Positions 22,045 to 32,248 of a stretch of 50,479 bases of DNA are shown here, in pieces (the stretch's first letter is position 1; the number at the start of each line of letters is the position of its first letter). This stretch comes from Candidatus Zixiibacteriota bacterium (GTDB taxonomy: Bacteria; Zixibacteria; MSB-5A5; CAIYYT01), in contig JBECKX010000105.1 in assembly GCA_040235515.1 (NCBI GenBank), positions 1 to 50,479 on the forward strand, written 5' to 3'. Position numbers and translations under genes: made by a program. The notes below the pieces were generated by a model. That model was not told the origin of the DNA and searched no databases. It saw nothing but the letters and a program-made list of their open reading frames with translations.

Positions 22045-22731
22045 ATGCTATTACTACGTTTTGCTGTCTTAGGACTTGTCTCGCTCATGTTGCTGCTATC
22101 GTGCGATGCCGGGACAGAGGACTCCTCGCCGGAGCCCGAGAGAACCAAGCTGATCGAGCCGGATCAGGTGATGACACATGCCGAGATCTATCTGACCCGC
22201 GAGGGGATTCGCAAGGGTACGATCAAATCAGCCGAGCTGAAGTCGTTCACTCGCTACGATTCGACGTTGCTCTACGACGTTGAAGTGCTCTTCTTCGATG
22301 ACCAGGGTAAGCATACTTCGACTCTGGTTGCTGACTCCGCCGTGGTGCGACAGAACAGCAACCTGATGTCGGCGTTCGGTCATGTGAAAGCGTGGACCCA
22401 GGATAAGCGGAAACTGATAGCCGACTCCCTGCGCTGGGATGCCAACCGTGATCTTATCGTGACCGAGGGTTATGTCGAAGTGTATCGCGGCGAGGACATT
22501 CTGAGCGGGTATGGCCTTGAATCTGACCAGCGGCTCCGCTCCACCGTCATCAAGCGCGGTTTGAAAGGATCATTCACTGAGCCGCCTCCGGAGGAGAGAC
22601 GCGCGAAGCGGCCGACAGACAGCGTAACCACACCGCACGATTCAGCGGCACCGATAGAGGAATCGGAGACTGACCAATATGAGACAACCGACACATCTTC
22701 TCAGCTCAATCAGCCTGATAGCGATAACTAA
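22045..22731 (+). CDS. lptC: LPS export periplasmic protein LptC (lipoprotein-like signal)
   Basis: LLLSC lipobox-like motif; beta-jellyroll pattern VEVLFFD..G...STLVADSA, L.ADSL.WD, GYGLESD; located between kdsD and lptB. Confidence 0.8.
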   Translation: MLLLRFAVLGLVSLMLLLSCDAGTEDSSPEPERTKLIEPDQVMTHAEIYLTREGIRKGTIKSAELKSFTRYDSTLLYDVEVLFFDDQGKHTSTLVADSAVVRQNSNLMSAFGHVKAWTQDKRKLIADSLRWDANRDLIVTEGYVEVYRGEDILSGYGLESDQRLRSTVIKRGLKGSFTEPPPEERRAKRPTDSVTTPHDSAAPIEESETDQYETTDTSSQLNQPDSDN

Positions 22732-23293
22732 CGTCCTGGTGCTGTTGCTTGCTGCCGGCGTGGCGGCTCAGAAGACACCATCGCCGGAGCAGTACCGCGA
22801 TATGGTAATCGAAGACCTGAAGTTGCAGAAGATGGTAGCCGACTCCGTTGGAGCGGCTGTTCCTGTAGCCGGTTACGGCGCGGGAGTCGCCGACTTCCTG
22901 CTGATCCCGGTAACCGCCAAGGGCAAGCTGGTTGCCGTCTATCGCAATGATGCCGAGCGAAAAGCTGTCACACAAATCGCCTCGGCGCTCGTCTTACGAT
23001 CGGTGCAGGCAAGCCTCTTCGAGCGAAAAGGTGCAATCGAAGTGTTCAGCGGAATCAAGATCAAAGATCCGAATCCCAAACTGATCTCGTGTGGCCCATT
23101 CTCTCTCTTTGGAGCGCTCGGCGCCGGGTGGATTCAACGAACCGGAGAGAGTTTCGTGCTGCTGGCGCTCAACGGCCGCATTGTCAACGAAGCGGAGGTT
23201 GCCGAGCTGTTTCCCGATCGCTTAGACCTGCTTAAGTCGATCGCACAGAAGTTAACCCCGACGCCGGAGGATGCGACTCCGTCCGGGGAGTAA
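22679..23293 (+). CDS. Hypothetical exported protein
   Basis: 204 aa with hydrophobic N-terminus (...AAGVAA|Q); overlaps lptC and ends 5 bp before lptB. Confidence 0.65.
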   Translation: MRQPTHLLSSISLIAITNVLVLLLAAGVAAQKTPSPEQYRDMVIEDLKLQKMVADSVGAAVPVAGYGAGVADFLLIPVTAKGKLVAVYRNDAERKAVTQIASALVLRSVQASLFERKGAIEVFSGIKIKDPNPKLISCGPFSLFGALGAGWIQRTGESFVLLALNGRIVNEAEVAELFPDRLDLLKSIAQKLTPTPEDATPSGE

Positions 23294-23298
23294 AGCTT

Positions 23299-24033
23299 AT
23301 GCCAGAACTGCAACGACTACATTCTGAGAATCTCGTCAAAGCATACCGCAAACGTCGGGTCGTCAACGAAGTATCGATCGAGGTCAATCAAGGGGAAGTT
23401 GTCGGTCTGCTGGGGCCGAACGGCGCCGGCAAAACGACGACATTCTATATGGTCATCGGCTTCATTCGCCCCCGATCCGGCAGGGTGATGCTGGGTGATC
23501 GTGAGATCACCGGGTTGCCGATGTACAAGCGCGCGCGCCTGGGGATCGGCTATCTGCCGCAGGAACCATCGATCTTCAGAAAGCTGACGGTGTGGCAAAA
23601 TGTAATGGCGGTTGCTCAGACTCTGCGTATAACTAATAAGGAACGTCATCAACGCGTAAGCGATATCCTGGAGGAGTTAGATGTGCTGCGGCTGGCCAAG
23701 TCTCGCGGATATCAACTCTCGGGCGGCGAGCGACGGCGCGTTGAGATCGCCAGAGCGCTCGTCTTGAAGCCCTCATTTCTAATGCTTGACGAACCTTTTG
23801 CCGGAATTGACCCAATAGCTGTCGAGGATATCCAGCGTATTATTAGTGCACTCAAATCGAAACAGTTGGGCATTCTGATTACCGATCACAACGTGCGGGA
23901 GACCTTGCAAATTATTGATAGGGCTTATATTATGTGTGATGGGAAGATTCTGAAAAGCGGTTCCGCCGAGTTTCTTGCTTCCGATCCCGAAGCCCGCAAG
24001 ATCTACCTCGGCGAGAAATTTAGACTCAACTAG
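23299..24033 (+). CDS. lptB: LPS export ABC transporter ATPase
   Basis: [57 protein letters not shown]. Confidence 0.97.
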   Translation: MPELQRLHSENLVKAYRKRRVVNEVSIEVNQGEVVGLLGPNGAGKTTTFYMVIGFIRPRSGRVMLGDREITGLPMYKRARLGIGYLPQEPSIFRKLTVWQNVMAVAQTLRITNKERHQRVSDILEELDVLRLAKSRGYQLSGGERRRVEIARALVLKPSFLMLDEPFAGIDPIAVEDIQRIISALKSKQLGILITDHNVRETLQIIDRAYIMCDGKILKSGSAEFLASDPEARKIYLGEKFRLN

Positions 24034-24134
24034 TCTCAAGTTAGAGTCATTCTGTGGTAAACTAAGTTCGGCTTCAGCCGATAATATAAACAAGACACCT
24101 TTGCTTATAACTTATTATTAGGCAAGCAGATACA

Positions 24135-25565
24135 ATGCGCTTAGGACTTGAACCCTCATTACGACAACAGCTCAAGATTGCCCCACAGCTGATTCAGTCG
24201 CTCAAGATGCTGCAAATGCCGGTGCTCAAGCTGGAGCAGATGCTGCGCCATGAGCTTCAGGTCAATCCTTTGCTCGAAGAGATCGAGTCGCCAGATCAGG
24301 AATTGGAGCCACTGGATGAGCGCGAAGCGGAACTGGTCGGTGAATCGAATGGAAAAGGCGACGAAGACGAAAAAATCGACTGGGACGAGTACCTGCGCGA
24401 CAACGAGGATTTCAATGCACGCGAATTCAAAGCGGTCAAGGAAACTCGTGATGATATGCCCGATTTCAATATCGGCGGCGAGGTCTCGCTCTACGAGTAT
24501 CTGCTCGAACAGCTAAGCTATCTCAAGCTCTCCCAGGATGATTATCTGGTCGGCGAATTCCTGATCGGTAACATCGACGACTCCGGCTACCTCTCCTGTA
24601 CCGTTGAGGAAGCGGCCGAGGCGATCAACTGCGAACCGGAACGCGCCGAACGGATTCTCTTCAAAATCCAGAAATTCGACCCGGCCGGTGTCGGCGCCCG
24701 CGACCTGCAGGAATCGCTCCTGATTCAACTGCGTGAACGCAAGTGCGAGAACAACCTCGCCTACCGGATCGTCGAGGAGTGCCTAGACCAGTTGGCGCGA
24801 AAAAGCTATCATCAGATTGCCAAGACGATGGGTGTCACGCTGGAGCGTATCCAGGAGGCGATGGAGGTGATTCGTTCGCTTTCGCCCTACCCGGCCTACG
24901 GCAGATTCGCTCGTGCCGCCGCCGCGGTGATTCCCGACCTGATTGTTGAAAAGATTGATGGAGACTGGGTGATTACCCATAACGACCGCAATATTCCACA
25001 GCTACGGGTTAATAGCCAGTATCGCGAAGTGCTGCGCCGCGGCAACAAGGCACATAAGGACACCAAAGCCTATGTGCGCGAGAAGCTCGATCAGGCCAAG
25101 TGGTTGCTGAAAGCGATCGACCAGCGCCGTAATACCATGGTGCGGGTGATGCACGCGATTGTCGAGGAACAGATTGATTTCTTCGAAAAAGGCCCGGAAC
25201 ACCTGAAACCGCTGCGGCAGGTCGATATCGCGGATAAGGTCGAAATGAACATCGCGACCATCTCACGAGTCTCCAAGGAGAAGTATGTACAGACCCCGCA
25301 CGGCGTCTTTGAGATCAAGCATTTCTTCACTTCGGGTGTCGCTACCGGCGACGGAGAGCAGGTCGCCAAGCGTCAGGTAAAGCAAGAGATCGAGAAGATA
25401 ATCGCCGAGGAAGATCCAGCCAAACCATACTCCGACCAGCAGATATTCAAATTCCTTTCGGATCGTGACTACCAGATCGCGCGCCGAACCGTCACCAAGT
25501 ATCGCGAAGAACTCAGTATCCCGGCTGCCCGCTTCCGGCGGAGAGCCACAACCGGGACCGATTAG
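24135..25565 (+). CDS. rpoN: RNA polymerase sigma-54 factor
   Basis: PQLIQSLKMLQMP region I, NPLLE, DPAGVGARDL, RpoN box ARRTVTKYRE. Confidence 0.97.
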   Translation: MRLGLEPSLRQQLKIAPQLIQSLKMLQMPVLKLEQMLRHELQVNPLLEEIESPDQELEPLDEREAELVGESNGKGDEDEKIDWDEYLRDNEDFNAREFKAVKETRDDMPDFNIGGEVSLYEYLLEQLSYLKLSQDDYLVGEFLIGNIDDSGYLSCTVEEAAEAINCEPERAERILFKIQKFDPAGVGARDLQESLLIQLRERKCENNLAYRIVEECLDQLARKSYHQIAKTMGVTLERIQEAMEVIRSLSPYPAYGRFARAAAAVIPDLIVEKIDGDWVITHNDRNIPQLRVNSQYREVLRRGNKAHKDTKAYVREKLDQAKWLLKAIDQRRNTMVRVMHAIVEEQIDFFEKGPEHLKPLRQVDIADKVEMNIATISRVSKEKYVQTPHGVFEIKHFFTSGVATGDGEQVAKRQVKQEIEKIIAEEDPAKPYSDQQIFKFLSDRDYQIARRTVTKYREELSIPAARFRRRATTGTD

Positions 25566-26114
25566 GGGAAGAGCGACTGGCTTCCCCCCGTAAAATAAGC
25601 ACCTTTCTTCAATTCCGACTCGATCCGAGGGGAGATCGAGAGGTAGCGATCTCAGTCACCGGCCCGCTCACAGATTTTCGTTGCACATCGGCTTGTGTCG
25701 TGCTACACAGTAACTCAGAGGTTATGACCAGGACCAACTCTTTCCTTCAGACGGGAGTATGAGTTTGCAGGACCTTACTGCCACACGGCAGTCTGCATTG
25801 GTATCGAGAACTGAACCTGCCGCTCAGGCCGGCAGGGGGCATCAGCGCACAGATTCTTCGCATAAAACTGATCCTTCGGGGATGAATTCCGTATCACTAG
25901 AGGGAGTTAAAATGACGGGTTTGCGGATGCGGACTACTGATTACTTCGGCGCCAGGCACACAACCGTAAAACATATCGATCTCAATGACCGCGAACCGCT
26001 GGCTCTCAGCCATGCTCGGTCGCGCTGTCTCACACCCATTGTCGCATCCATGCATTCCTTCACACGTACCCATCGTCGGTTTAACATAAATCGTTTTTCC
26101 GGAAAGGAGCCGTT

Positions 26115-26471
26115 ATGAATTTACAAGTAACTGGACGGCGCTTTGATCTCGATGAGAAAACCAAGCAGAGAGCGGTGCAGGAAGTCGAGAAACTCGAGAA
26201 ATTCTTCGACAACATAACTTCCGCGAGTCTGGTTCTCACTCAGGAGAACTTCCGCTGTGAGGGCGAGTTGACCATGAACGTCGCACGCTCCAAGCTGGTC
26301 GCCAAGGCTTCAACTGAGGATATGTTCGCAACCATCGAGCAGGTAACCGACAAGATGGCCAAGCAGCTGAAGAAGCATAAGGGGAAACTGAAAGAGAAGG
26401 ATCAGCGCAAACTGTCGGCCCGCAAGGAGAAGGTTGATCTCAGCACAGGCGTCGATGACGTAGAGTACTAG
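26115..26471 (+). CDS. hpf: Ribosome hibernation promoting factor (HPF/RaiA, short form)
   Basis: MNLQVTGR...KLEKFFD...DMFATIE...KQLKKHK; AAGGAG RBS; downstream of rpoN. Confidence 0.9.
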   Translation: MNLQVTGRRFDLDEKTKQRAVQEVEKLEKFFDNITSASLVLTQENFRCEGELTMNVARSKLVAKASTEDMFATIEQVTDKMAKQLKKHKGKLKEKDQRKLSARKEKVDLSTGVDDVEY

Positions 26472-26495
26472 GGAAGAGGATTCGAAGGTTTACGG

Positions 26496-27464
26496 ATGCC
26501 TGGCTTAACAGTAGAACAGATATTCAAGGAGCGTAAGGAGGTACTTGACCTTACGCTCCTTGCTGGTTCTGAGGGCCTTCCGCGCCAGATTCAGACCAAC
26601 GAAATTTACCGGCCCGGGCTGGTACTGGCCGGTTTCTCGGAGCGCTTCGCGTTCAAGCGGATCCAGATTTTCGGTGAGACCGAGATGACCTACATCGATT
26701 CGCTCAGTTCGGCCCAGCGCCGCGAATCAATCGAACGCCTCACTTCATTTCCGATCCCGCTGATCGTCACAACCAAGGGGCTCGTTCCTCCACCGGAGGT
26801 GCTTGAGGTCGCTGATCGCGTGAAGGTGCCCCTCCTCTCGACGCGTCTCAGCACGACAGAATTCATCACCAGGCTCTCTTCGATCCTCGACGGCATCTTC
26901 GCTCCCTCAATCTCCAAGCATGGCACACTCGTCGACGTCTACGGCGTCGGCCTGCTCTATACCGGCAAGTCAGGAATTGGAAAATCGGAGTGCGCCCTTG
27001 ACCTCGTTGAGCGGGGGCATCGCCTCGTCGCCGACGATATGGTTAAGATCACCCGCAAGACCCAGACTACCATCATTGGCTCAGCCAACGAACTGCTCGG
27101 ACATCACATGGAAGTGCGCGGTATCGGCGTAATCGATATCGAGAAACTCTTCGGAATTCGCTCGATCAGGCTGCAGAAACGTATCGAGGTGGAATGCCGC
27201 CTCACCTACTGGGAGGGCGGACAAACCTACGAGCGCCTCGGCCTCGAAGAGCGTTACACCACAATTCTGGGGGTGGAGATTCCGGTTGTTACGATACCGA
27301 TCTCACCCGGCAAGAATATTACAGTGATTTCCGAGGTTATCGCGATGAACCATATGCTGAAAGTCTACGGTGAGAACGCCGCCGAGGAGTTGAGCAAACG
27401 CCTCTCCGACCGCCTCCACCGCAAGACGATGACCGTCGATTACCTCGAATCCGACTACGAGTAG
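26496..27464 (+). CDS. hprK: HPr kinase/phosphorylase
   Basis: HGTLVDVYGVG, GKSGIGKSECALDL, GHRLVADD, MEVRGIG. Confidence 0.96.
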   Translation: MPGLTVEQIFKERKEVLDLTLLAGSEGLPRQIQTNEIYRPGLVLAGFSERFAFKRIQIFGETEMTYIDSLSSAQRRESIERLTSFPIPLIVTTKGLVPPPEVLEVADRVKVPLLSTRLSTTEFITRLSSILDGIFAPSISKHGTLVDVYGVGLLYTGKSGIGKSECALDLVERGHRLVADDMVKITRKTQTTIIGSANELLGHHMEVRGIGVIDIEKLFGIRSIRLQKRIEVECRLTYWEGGQTYERLGLEERYTTILGVEIPVVTIPISPGKNITVISEVIAMNHMLKVYGENAAEELSKRLSDRLHRKTMTVDYLESDYE

Positions 27465-27501
27465 GTTGACCCCTCATCGCTGCAATCCGCAAAAAGAACT
27501 A

Positions 27502-27530
27502 TTGACAACATCTGATTTTGCCGATACTTT
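27502..27530 (+). promoter_or_regulatory. Sigma70-type promoter of the RRM gene
   Basis: TTGACA-17 nt-TACTTT. Confidence 0.65.
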
Positions 27531-27735
27531 TTAACTGCAGTTAACCGATTGGGCCTCGTTTTAAGATTTTAGGGTTTAGCCTCACGTACACCGAGATAAT
27601 TCCATAAAAGATTAATCAAGAGGACCGTAGCGCGTCTTCTTCCATCAAAGAAGCGCGCGAACCGAAACGTCCTGTCTGGTTTCGAGGTTGTGCTATATTC
27701 ATGCCCGAAACCTGCAGGCCAAACAGGAGCGAACG

Positions 27736-28059
27736 ATGAATATCTTCGTCGGCAATCTATCACACGCATTATCCGAGGATGAACTCCGCGATGCCTTTAC
27801 CGAATTCGGTACAGTCGAGCGCGCGACGATCATCAAGGACCGGGAAACCGGCCAACCCCGCGGTTTCGGCTTTGTCGAAATGGCTTCCAAGGAAGAGGGT
27901 GAGGCTGCTATCGCCGGACTCAATGGCAGAGAGCTCAACGGACGTCCGTTGACCGTCAATCTTGCCCGCCCGCGCCCTGATCGTGGCAGCGGTGGTGGCG
28001 GTCGTGGTCGCGACTTCCGCGGCGGCGGTGGCCGTGATCGCGGCGGACGCGACTACTAG
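27736..28059 (+). CDS. RRM (RNP-1) RNA-binding protein with Gly/Arg-rich tail
   Basis: IFVGNL (RNP2), RGFGFVEM (RNP1), RGG-rich C-terminus; AGGAG RBS before ATG 27736. Confidence 0.95.
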   Translation: MNIFVGNLSHALSEDELRDAFTEFGTVERATIIKDRETGQPRGFGFVEMASKEEGEAAIAGLNGRELNGRPLTVNLARPRPDRGSGGGGRGRDFRGGGGRDRGGRDY

Positions 28060-28316
28060 AATCGTTATCGATTATAGTCCATAGCGATCAGGACTGACTT
28101 GAGAGGAATCGATCCGACTGGAACAAGCATAGTCTGACATGACTTATCGCAATTACCGATATTCAGGTTTGATAGATGCCGACCTAGATCGATAGTATAG
28201 ATTGTTACGAGTCCGAGAATCTGCTTAGAGTGTCGCTGTGAAGCGACCGTTCCAGTAACAGGCCGGGAGAAGATTCTCAACCTCGAGTTTGTCATCTGAT
28301 TTGCGTATGAAGAAGA

Positions 28317-28356
28317 AACGGGTACCTGCAAGCAAGCGGGTACCCGTTGTTTGTTT
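28317..28356 (+). terminator. Intrinsic terminator ~260 nt downstream of the RRM gene
   Basis: AACGGGTACCTGC-AAGCAA-GCGGGTACCCGTT followed by GTTTGTTT. Confidence 0.7.
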
Positions 28357-28487
28357 GCACAGTTTTCGCAGCTCTGCTGAAAATCCAGATGAAGGCAGAA
28401 GAAGTGACTCTACGCAAAAAGTGGTACCTATGTAGCCGGTTGATATCCGGTCGGTGGCCCACCATTTATGGTGGGTTCCTCTCGCGA

Positions 28488-29315
28488 CTACTTGGGCGAT
28501 TTTTCCTTCGTTGCCTGCTTTACATTGTACATCAGATCGTCGGCGCGGGTAATCATCTCCTCGACACTTGGCGGAGGAGTGGTGTAGGTGAAAACGCCGG
28601 TGCTGAGGGAGATCGGCCAGGCGTTGGTCTTGGCGGCGATGGCAAGCTCTTCTTTAATTCGCTGCACTACCCCGTTAGCAGTCTCAGAATCGGTTCCAGT
28701 CAGCAGCAGGAGGAATTCATCACCGCCGAATCGGGCTACGATGTCAAGTGCACGCACATTCCGTTTCATCGTTTCGGCGGTCAGCACCAGGACCTGATCG
28801 CCGATCAGGTGCCCGCAACGATCGTTGACGACCTTGAAGTTGTCAATATCCGCAAACACGATTGTAAACGGATCCCCGGAACGTTGTGAGCGACTGATCT
28901 CAATGGCAGCCAACTCGTAGAACGCCCGGCGATTGGCGACGTGAGTCAAAGGATCCTGCCGCGCAGACTGCGCCTCCCGCTCCAGCGTCTTCTTCAGTTC
29001 GGCGAGAATGAAGACTACCAGCAGAAACACAAAAAGACGCAGGGCTTCGTTGAGAAGCGTGATCCAGATGGAGTTGACTTCCAATGTAGTGGCAAGGTCC
29101 GCGAACATCCAGACCGTAACACAGACCAGTGAGGTAACAATTCCGGCTGTACGAGAGGAGGCCCAGGTGACGTACGCGATCGGGAACAGGTAGAAAATAG
29201 ACATCGCCAGCTGAGCGCCGGTGGCGTAGTAGACCGCCGTAATGATGAGCGACAACATCAGCCCAATAGCCAATGCAACAGGCGCCGAAAGGTTATTGAG
29301 CCTGGTTAGCCACAT
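28488..29315 (-). CDS. Membrane-anchored diguanylate cyclase (GGDEF)
   Basis: Several N-terminal TM helices; DPLT, DIDNFKVVND, RALD I-site, ARFGGDEF. Confidence 0.93.
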   Translation of the reverse strand: MWLTRLNNLSAPVALAIGLMLSLIITAVYYATGAQLAMSIFYLFPIAYVTWASSRTAGIVTSLVCVTVWMFADLATTLEVNSIWITLLNEALRLFVFLLVVFILAELKKTLEREAQSARQDPLTHVANRRAFYELAAIEISRSQRSGDPFTIVFADIDNFKVVNDRCGHLIGDQVLVLTAETMKRNVRALDIVARFGGDEFLLLLTGTDSETANGVVQRIKEELAIAAKTNAWPISLSTGVFTYTTPPPSVEEMITRADDLMYNVKQATKEKSPK

Positions 29316-29777
29316 CTATACGCACACCTTTCCTGAACAAGACACCACAGCCCGGACGAACCGACCGCTTCGTTCGTAAGTAGCCGAAGTAGGCAAACTT
29401 TGTCAACAAAAGCATTAGCCCTGAGAATCGAGTTGAGAACCTACGTAGGGTGATATTGTTGCCGCGCTTGAGCCAAGACCGTATGAAGCTAACAAGCTTC
29501 GATCGCCGCAGACCCCGCCTGACACGTATCCCGATTCCTCCTTCGAGTCTAATATCCACCATCTAATCCAACAAATAGTAAAATCGATCACGTATTGTTC
29601 GATAGTTGACTGCAGAAACGACCCACAAACTCTATATTTGTGGTCCTGGATTATTCGGTTATCCTTCCGTAGCGTTTATTTTCCGGCCTGCGGAACTTTA
29701 GCCGCTGAAAACGATATAGTGAATAACCTGGCAATTTGTCTGGTGAACACTAAAGCATAAACCAATAGGAGAGTTGA

Positions 29778-30380
29778 ATGACCTACGAACTTCCAAAACT
29801 TGATTACGCTTTCGATGCACTTGAACCCTTTATCGATGCGCGCACGATGGAAATCCACCACGACAAGCACCACCAGGCTTATGTCAGCAAGGTTAATGCC
29901 GCGCTTGAAGGGCACGCTGACCTTCAGAAGAAGTCGATCGACCAGTTGATCACCGATCTCAACAGCGTCCCCGAGAATATTCGTACGGCTGTTCGCAATA
30001 ATGGAGGTGGACATTCCAATCACGCCTTTTTCTGGAAAATCCTCAAAAAGGATACGAAATTCGGTGGGAATGTTGCGGAAGCAATTAAGAAAGAATTTGG
30101 CGGATTTGAGCAGTTCAAGGAGAAATTTTCCGCTGCCGCCGCCGGACAGTTCGGCTCCGGCTGGGGCTGGCTGGTCCTGAATAACGGCAAACTGGAAATC
30201 ACCAGCACAGCCAACCAGGATTCCCCGCTGACCGCCGGAAAAGCCCGCCTGATCGGCATCGATGTCTGGGAGCATGCCTACTACCTTAAGTATCAGAACC
30301 GGCGGCCCGACTACATCGAGGCGTTCTTCAGCGTCATCAACTGGGATGTGGTAAACGACCTGTACGCAGCCGCCAGGTAG
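29778..30380 (+). CDS. Fe/Mn superoxide dismutase
   Basis: [31 protein letters not shown]. Confidence 0.96.
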   Translation: MTYELPKLDYAFDALEPFIDARTMEIHHDKHHQAYVSKVNAALEGHADLQKKSIDQLITDLNSVPENIRTAVRNNGGGHSNHAFFWKILKKDTKFGGNVAEAIKKEFGGFEQFKEKFSAAAAGQFGSGWGWLVLNNGKLEITSTANQDSPLTAGKARLIGIDVWEHAYYLKYQNRRPDYIEAFFSVINWDVVNDLYAAAR

Positions 30381-30422
30381 TTGCAGAGCCCAGCCCATTG
30401 CTGGTGTGTATTAGATGTTAGC

Positions 30423-30465
30423 AGCCGGCCCGCTTGAGAGAAGTTTTCGAGCGGGCCTGCTTTTT
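30423..30465 (+). terminator. Intrinsic terminator after the SOD gene
   Basis: GGCCCGCTTGA...TCGAGCGGGCC followed by a T-run. Confidence 0.75.
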
Positions 30466-30803
30466 CTCTCCCTTCGCTCTGTTTTTTCTTGAAACAGCTG
30501 ACCCGCGCCAATATATTGCCGACCGGTTGGGGCTACATTTAGCGTGGCCACAACGCGATCTCGGGCGCAATACCTACATTATCGGAATTGAATTGAAGCA
30601 GTCGGCGGGGCGGCCTCGGCCGCGGTTCCCCTCCAGCTGCGCGCTGCCTGAGGGTCCCCGGTGTGCGCGCGCCGTCCGGCTCGTAGACTTAATCTGACCG
30701 GCGTACAGCGCCTCACCACGCACTATTGAATTGAATAGCGACTACTTCAGCATATTAGTCGACCTGCCGCAACACTGTATCGAAGGATATTTGGGAGAAG
30801 GAA

Positions 30804-32015
30804 ATGAACGCCCCACAGAACTCCGCACTGGCAACAGATATTCAGCAATCACGGTCTCTCAACCCGCAGCTCGACGATGTCGTTTTCTCAGGCATCGTGG
30901 CGATTCGGGATCGCCTGCTGCAACATCCCAATCCCCTTCGCCTCGAATCGGGCGAGCCGAGCTTCGATACGCCTGAACATATCAAGGAAGCCGCGATGCG
31001 GGCATTGCGCGACAACCAGACCCACTACGCTCCCTCTACCGGAGTGATGCCGCTGAAGGAAGCGATCCTGCGGAAGCTGAAGAACAAGAACAAAGTCTCC
31101 TGCATCACTTCCCCCAACCAGGTGCTGGTGACAAACGGTGGCATGCATGCACTTTACGTGGCAATGACAACGCTGCTTGAGCCGGGTGATGAAGTCATCC
31201 TCCCGCTCCCGAACTGGACGGCGACCAACTGGATCGTCACGCTGGCGGGTGGAACTCCGGTCAGAGTGAAGCTGCACGCGGAAAACGGGTTCCGCTGGAA
31301 TCTCGATGAGGTCAGGGACGCGCTAACACCGAAGACCAAAGCGATTCTGATTAACTCGCCGCACAACCCGACCGGTGGTGTGTTCCAGCGTGAAGACCTC
31401 CTGGGGCTGCTCGAACTGGCGGAAGAGCACGGCCTCTACCTGATCGCCGATGAAGCGTATGAAGATATCGTGTATGAGGGTGAGCATATTGCACTGGCTG
31501 CGCTTGCCTCAGAATTTTCTCCTGCCGTTCAGGAACGGGTGATATCAGCGTTCACCTTCTCCAAGAGCTATGCTATGACCGGCTGGCGTCTGGGATACCT
31601 GGTATCCTCGCACCCGAAGTTTTGCGACAATGCCAAGAAGATGATCCTCTACACGATTAACGGCGTCTCGACTCCAACGCAGTATGCCGGCGCCGCAGCT
31701 CTTGATGGTCCGCAGGACTGCGTCGCGGAGATGCTTGCCGAGTACCGCAAACGCCGCGATCTGCTTTTCTCCGGGGTGCAGGCATGTGCCTATCTTCACT
31801 GCGAACAGCCTCCGATGGGGGCAATCTATCTTTATGCCTCAATCACCGACGCGTGGCAGGGCAGCGATTGGGATCTTGTCGACCACCTGATCGACAGCCA
31901 TGGCCTCGGCTGTGTGCCCGGCAACCAGTTCGGCGATCCGACCCGGGCGCTACGCTTCTGTTTTGCCTGCTCCACCGAGATGATTGAGCGGGCTACCACG
32001 GCTCTGCGTAGCTGA
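30804..32015 (+). CDS. PLP-dependent aminotransferase class I/II
   Basis: GEPSF, NSPHNPTG, DEAYE, SKSYAMTGWRLG. Confidence 0.94.
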   Translation: MNAPQNSALATDIQQSRSLNPQLDDVVFSGIVAIRDRLLQHPNPLRLESGEPSFDTPEHIKEAAMRALRDNQTHYAPSTGVMPLKEAILRKLKNKNKVSCITSPNQVLVTNGGMHALYVAMTTLLEPGDEVILPLPNWTATNWIVTLAGGTPVRVKLHAENGFRWNLDEVRDALTPKTKAILINSPHNPTGGVFQREDLLGLLELAEEHGLYLIADEAYEDIVYEGEHIALAALASEFSPAVQERVISAFTFSKSYAMTGWRLGYLVSSHPKFCDNAKKMILYTINGVSTPTQYAGAAALDGPQDCVAEMLAEYRKRRDLLFSGVQACAYLHCEQPPMGAIYLYASITDAWQGSDWDLVDHLIDSHGLGCVPGNQFGDPTRALRFCFACSTEMIERATTALRS

Positions 32016-32129
32016 GAGCCCCTGCCGAGGCAGGCCGTGCCGTAATCTGTTCGAGTACAAGGAACTAGCGACCGGAAATTCTGACCGAAACCGACCGCAT
32101 TGGCGGCTCGATCGCCGGGCAAATTCCTG

Positions 32130-32157
32130 TTGACTACTGTAGGGCGCTGGTTATATT
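32130..32157 (+). promoter_or_regulatory. Sigma70-type promoter of secD-secF
   Basis: TTGACT-16 nt-TATATT. Confidence 0.55.
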
Positions 32158-32248
32158 ACCCGACTAATTGTTCAGCACAGAGGCATTTACCTGGGTATAC
32201 TTGAGTTAACTGATAAGTGCCTTCCAATGACGGAGGTTTTGCTGCTTT

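Noticed and set aside
25800..25840. CCTGCCGCT segment resembling part of the raiA-motif RNA
   Set aside because: Other conserved raiA segments were not found; kept only as a generic structured-region finding.
28488..28530. GGDEF C-terminus lacks the usual GKN/GRN ending (possible frameshift)
   Set aside because: The catalytic core is complete and no alternate frame clearly restores the motif.
30600..30760. GC-rich region upstream of the aminotransferase as a TPP or purine riboswitch
   Set aside because: Core consensus elements (CTGAGA...CCTGA..GGNTAATNCC; TATAAT..TTTCTACC) are absent.
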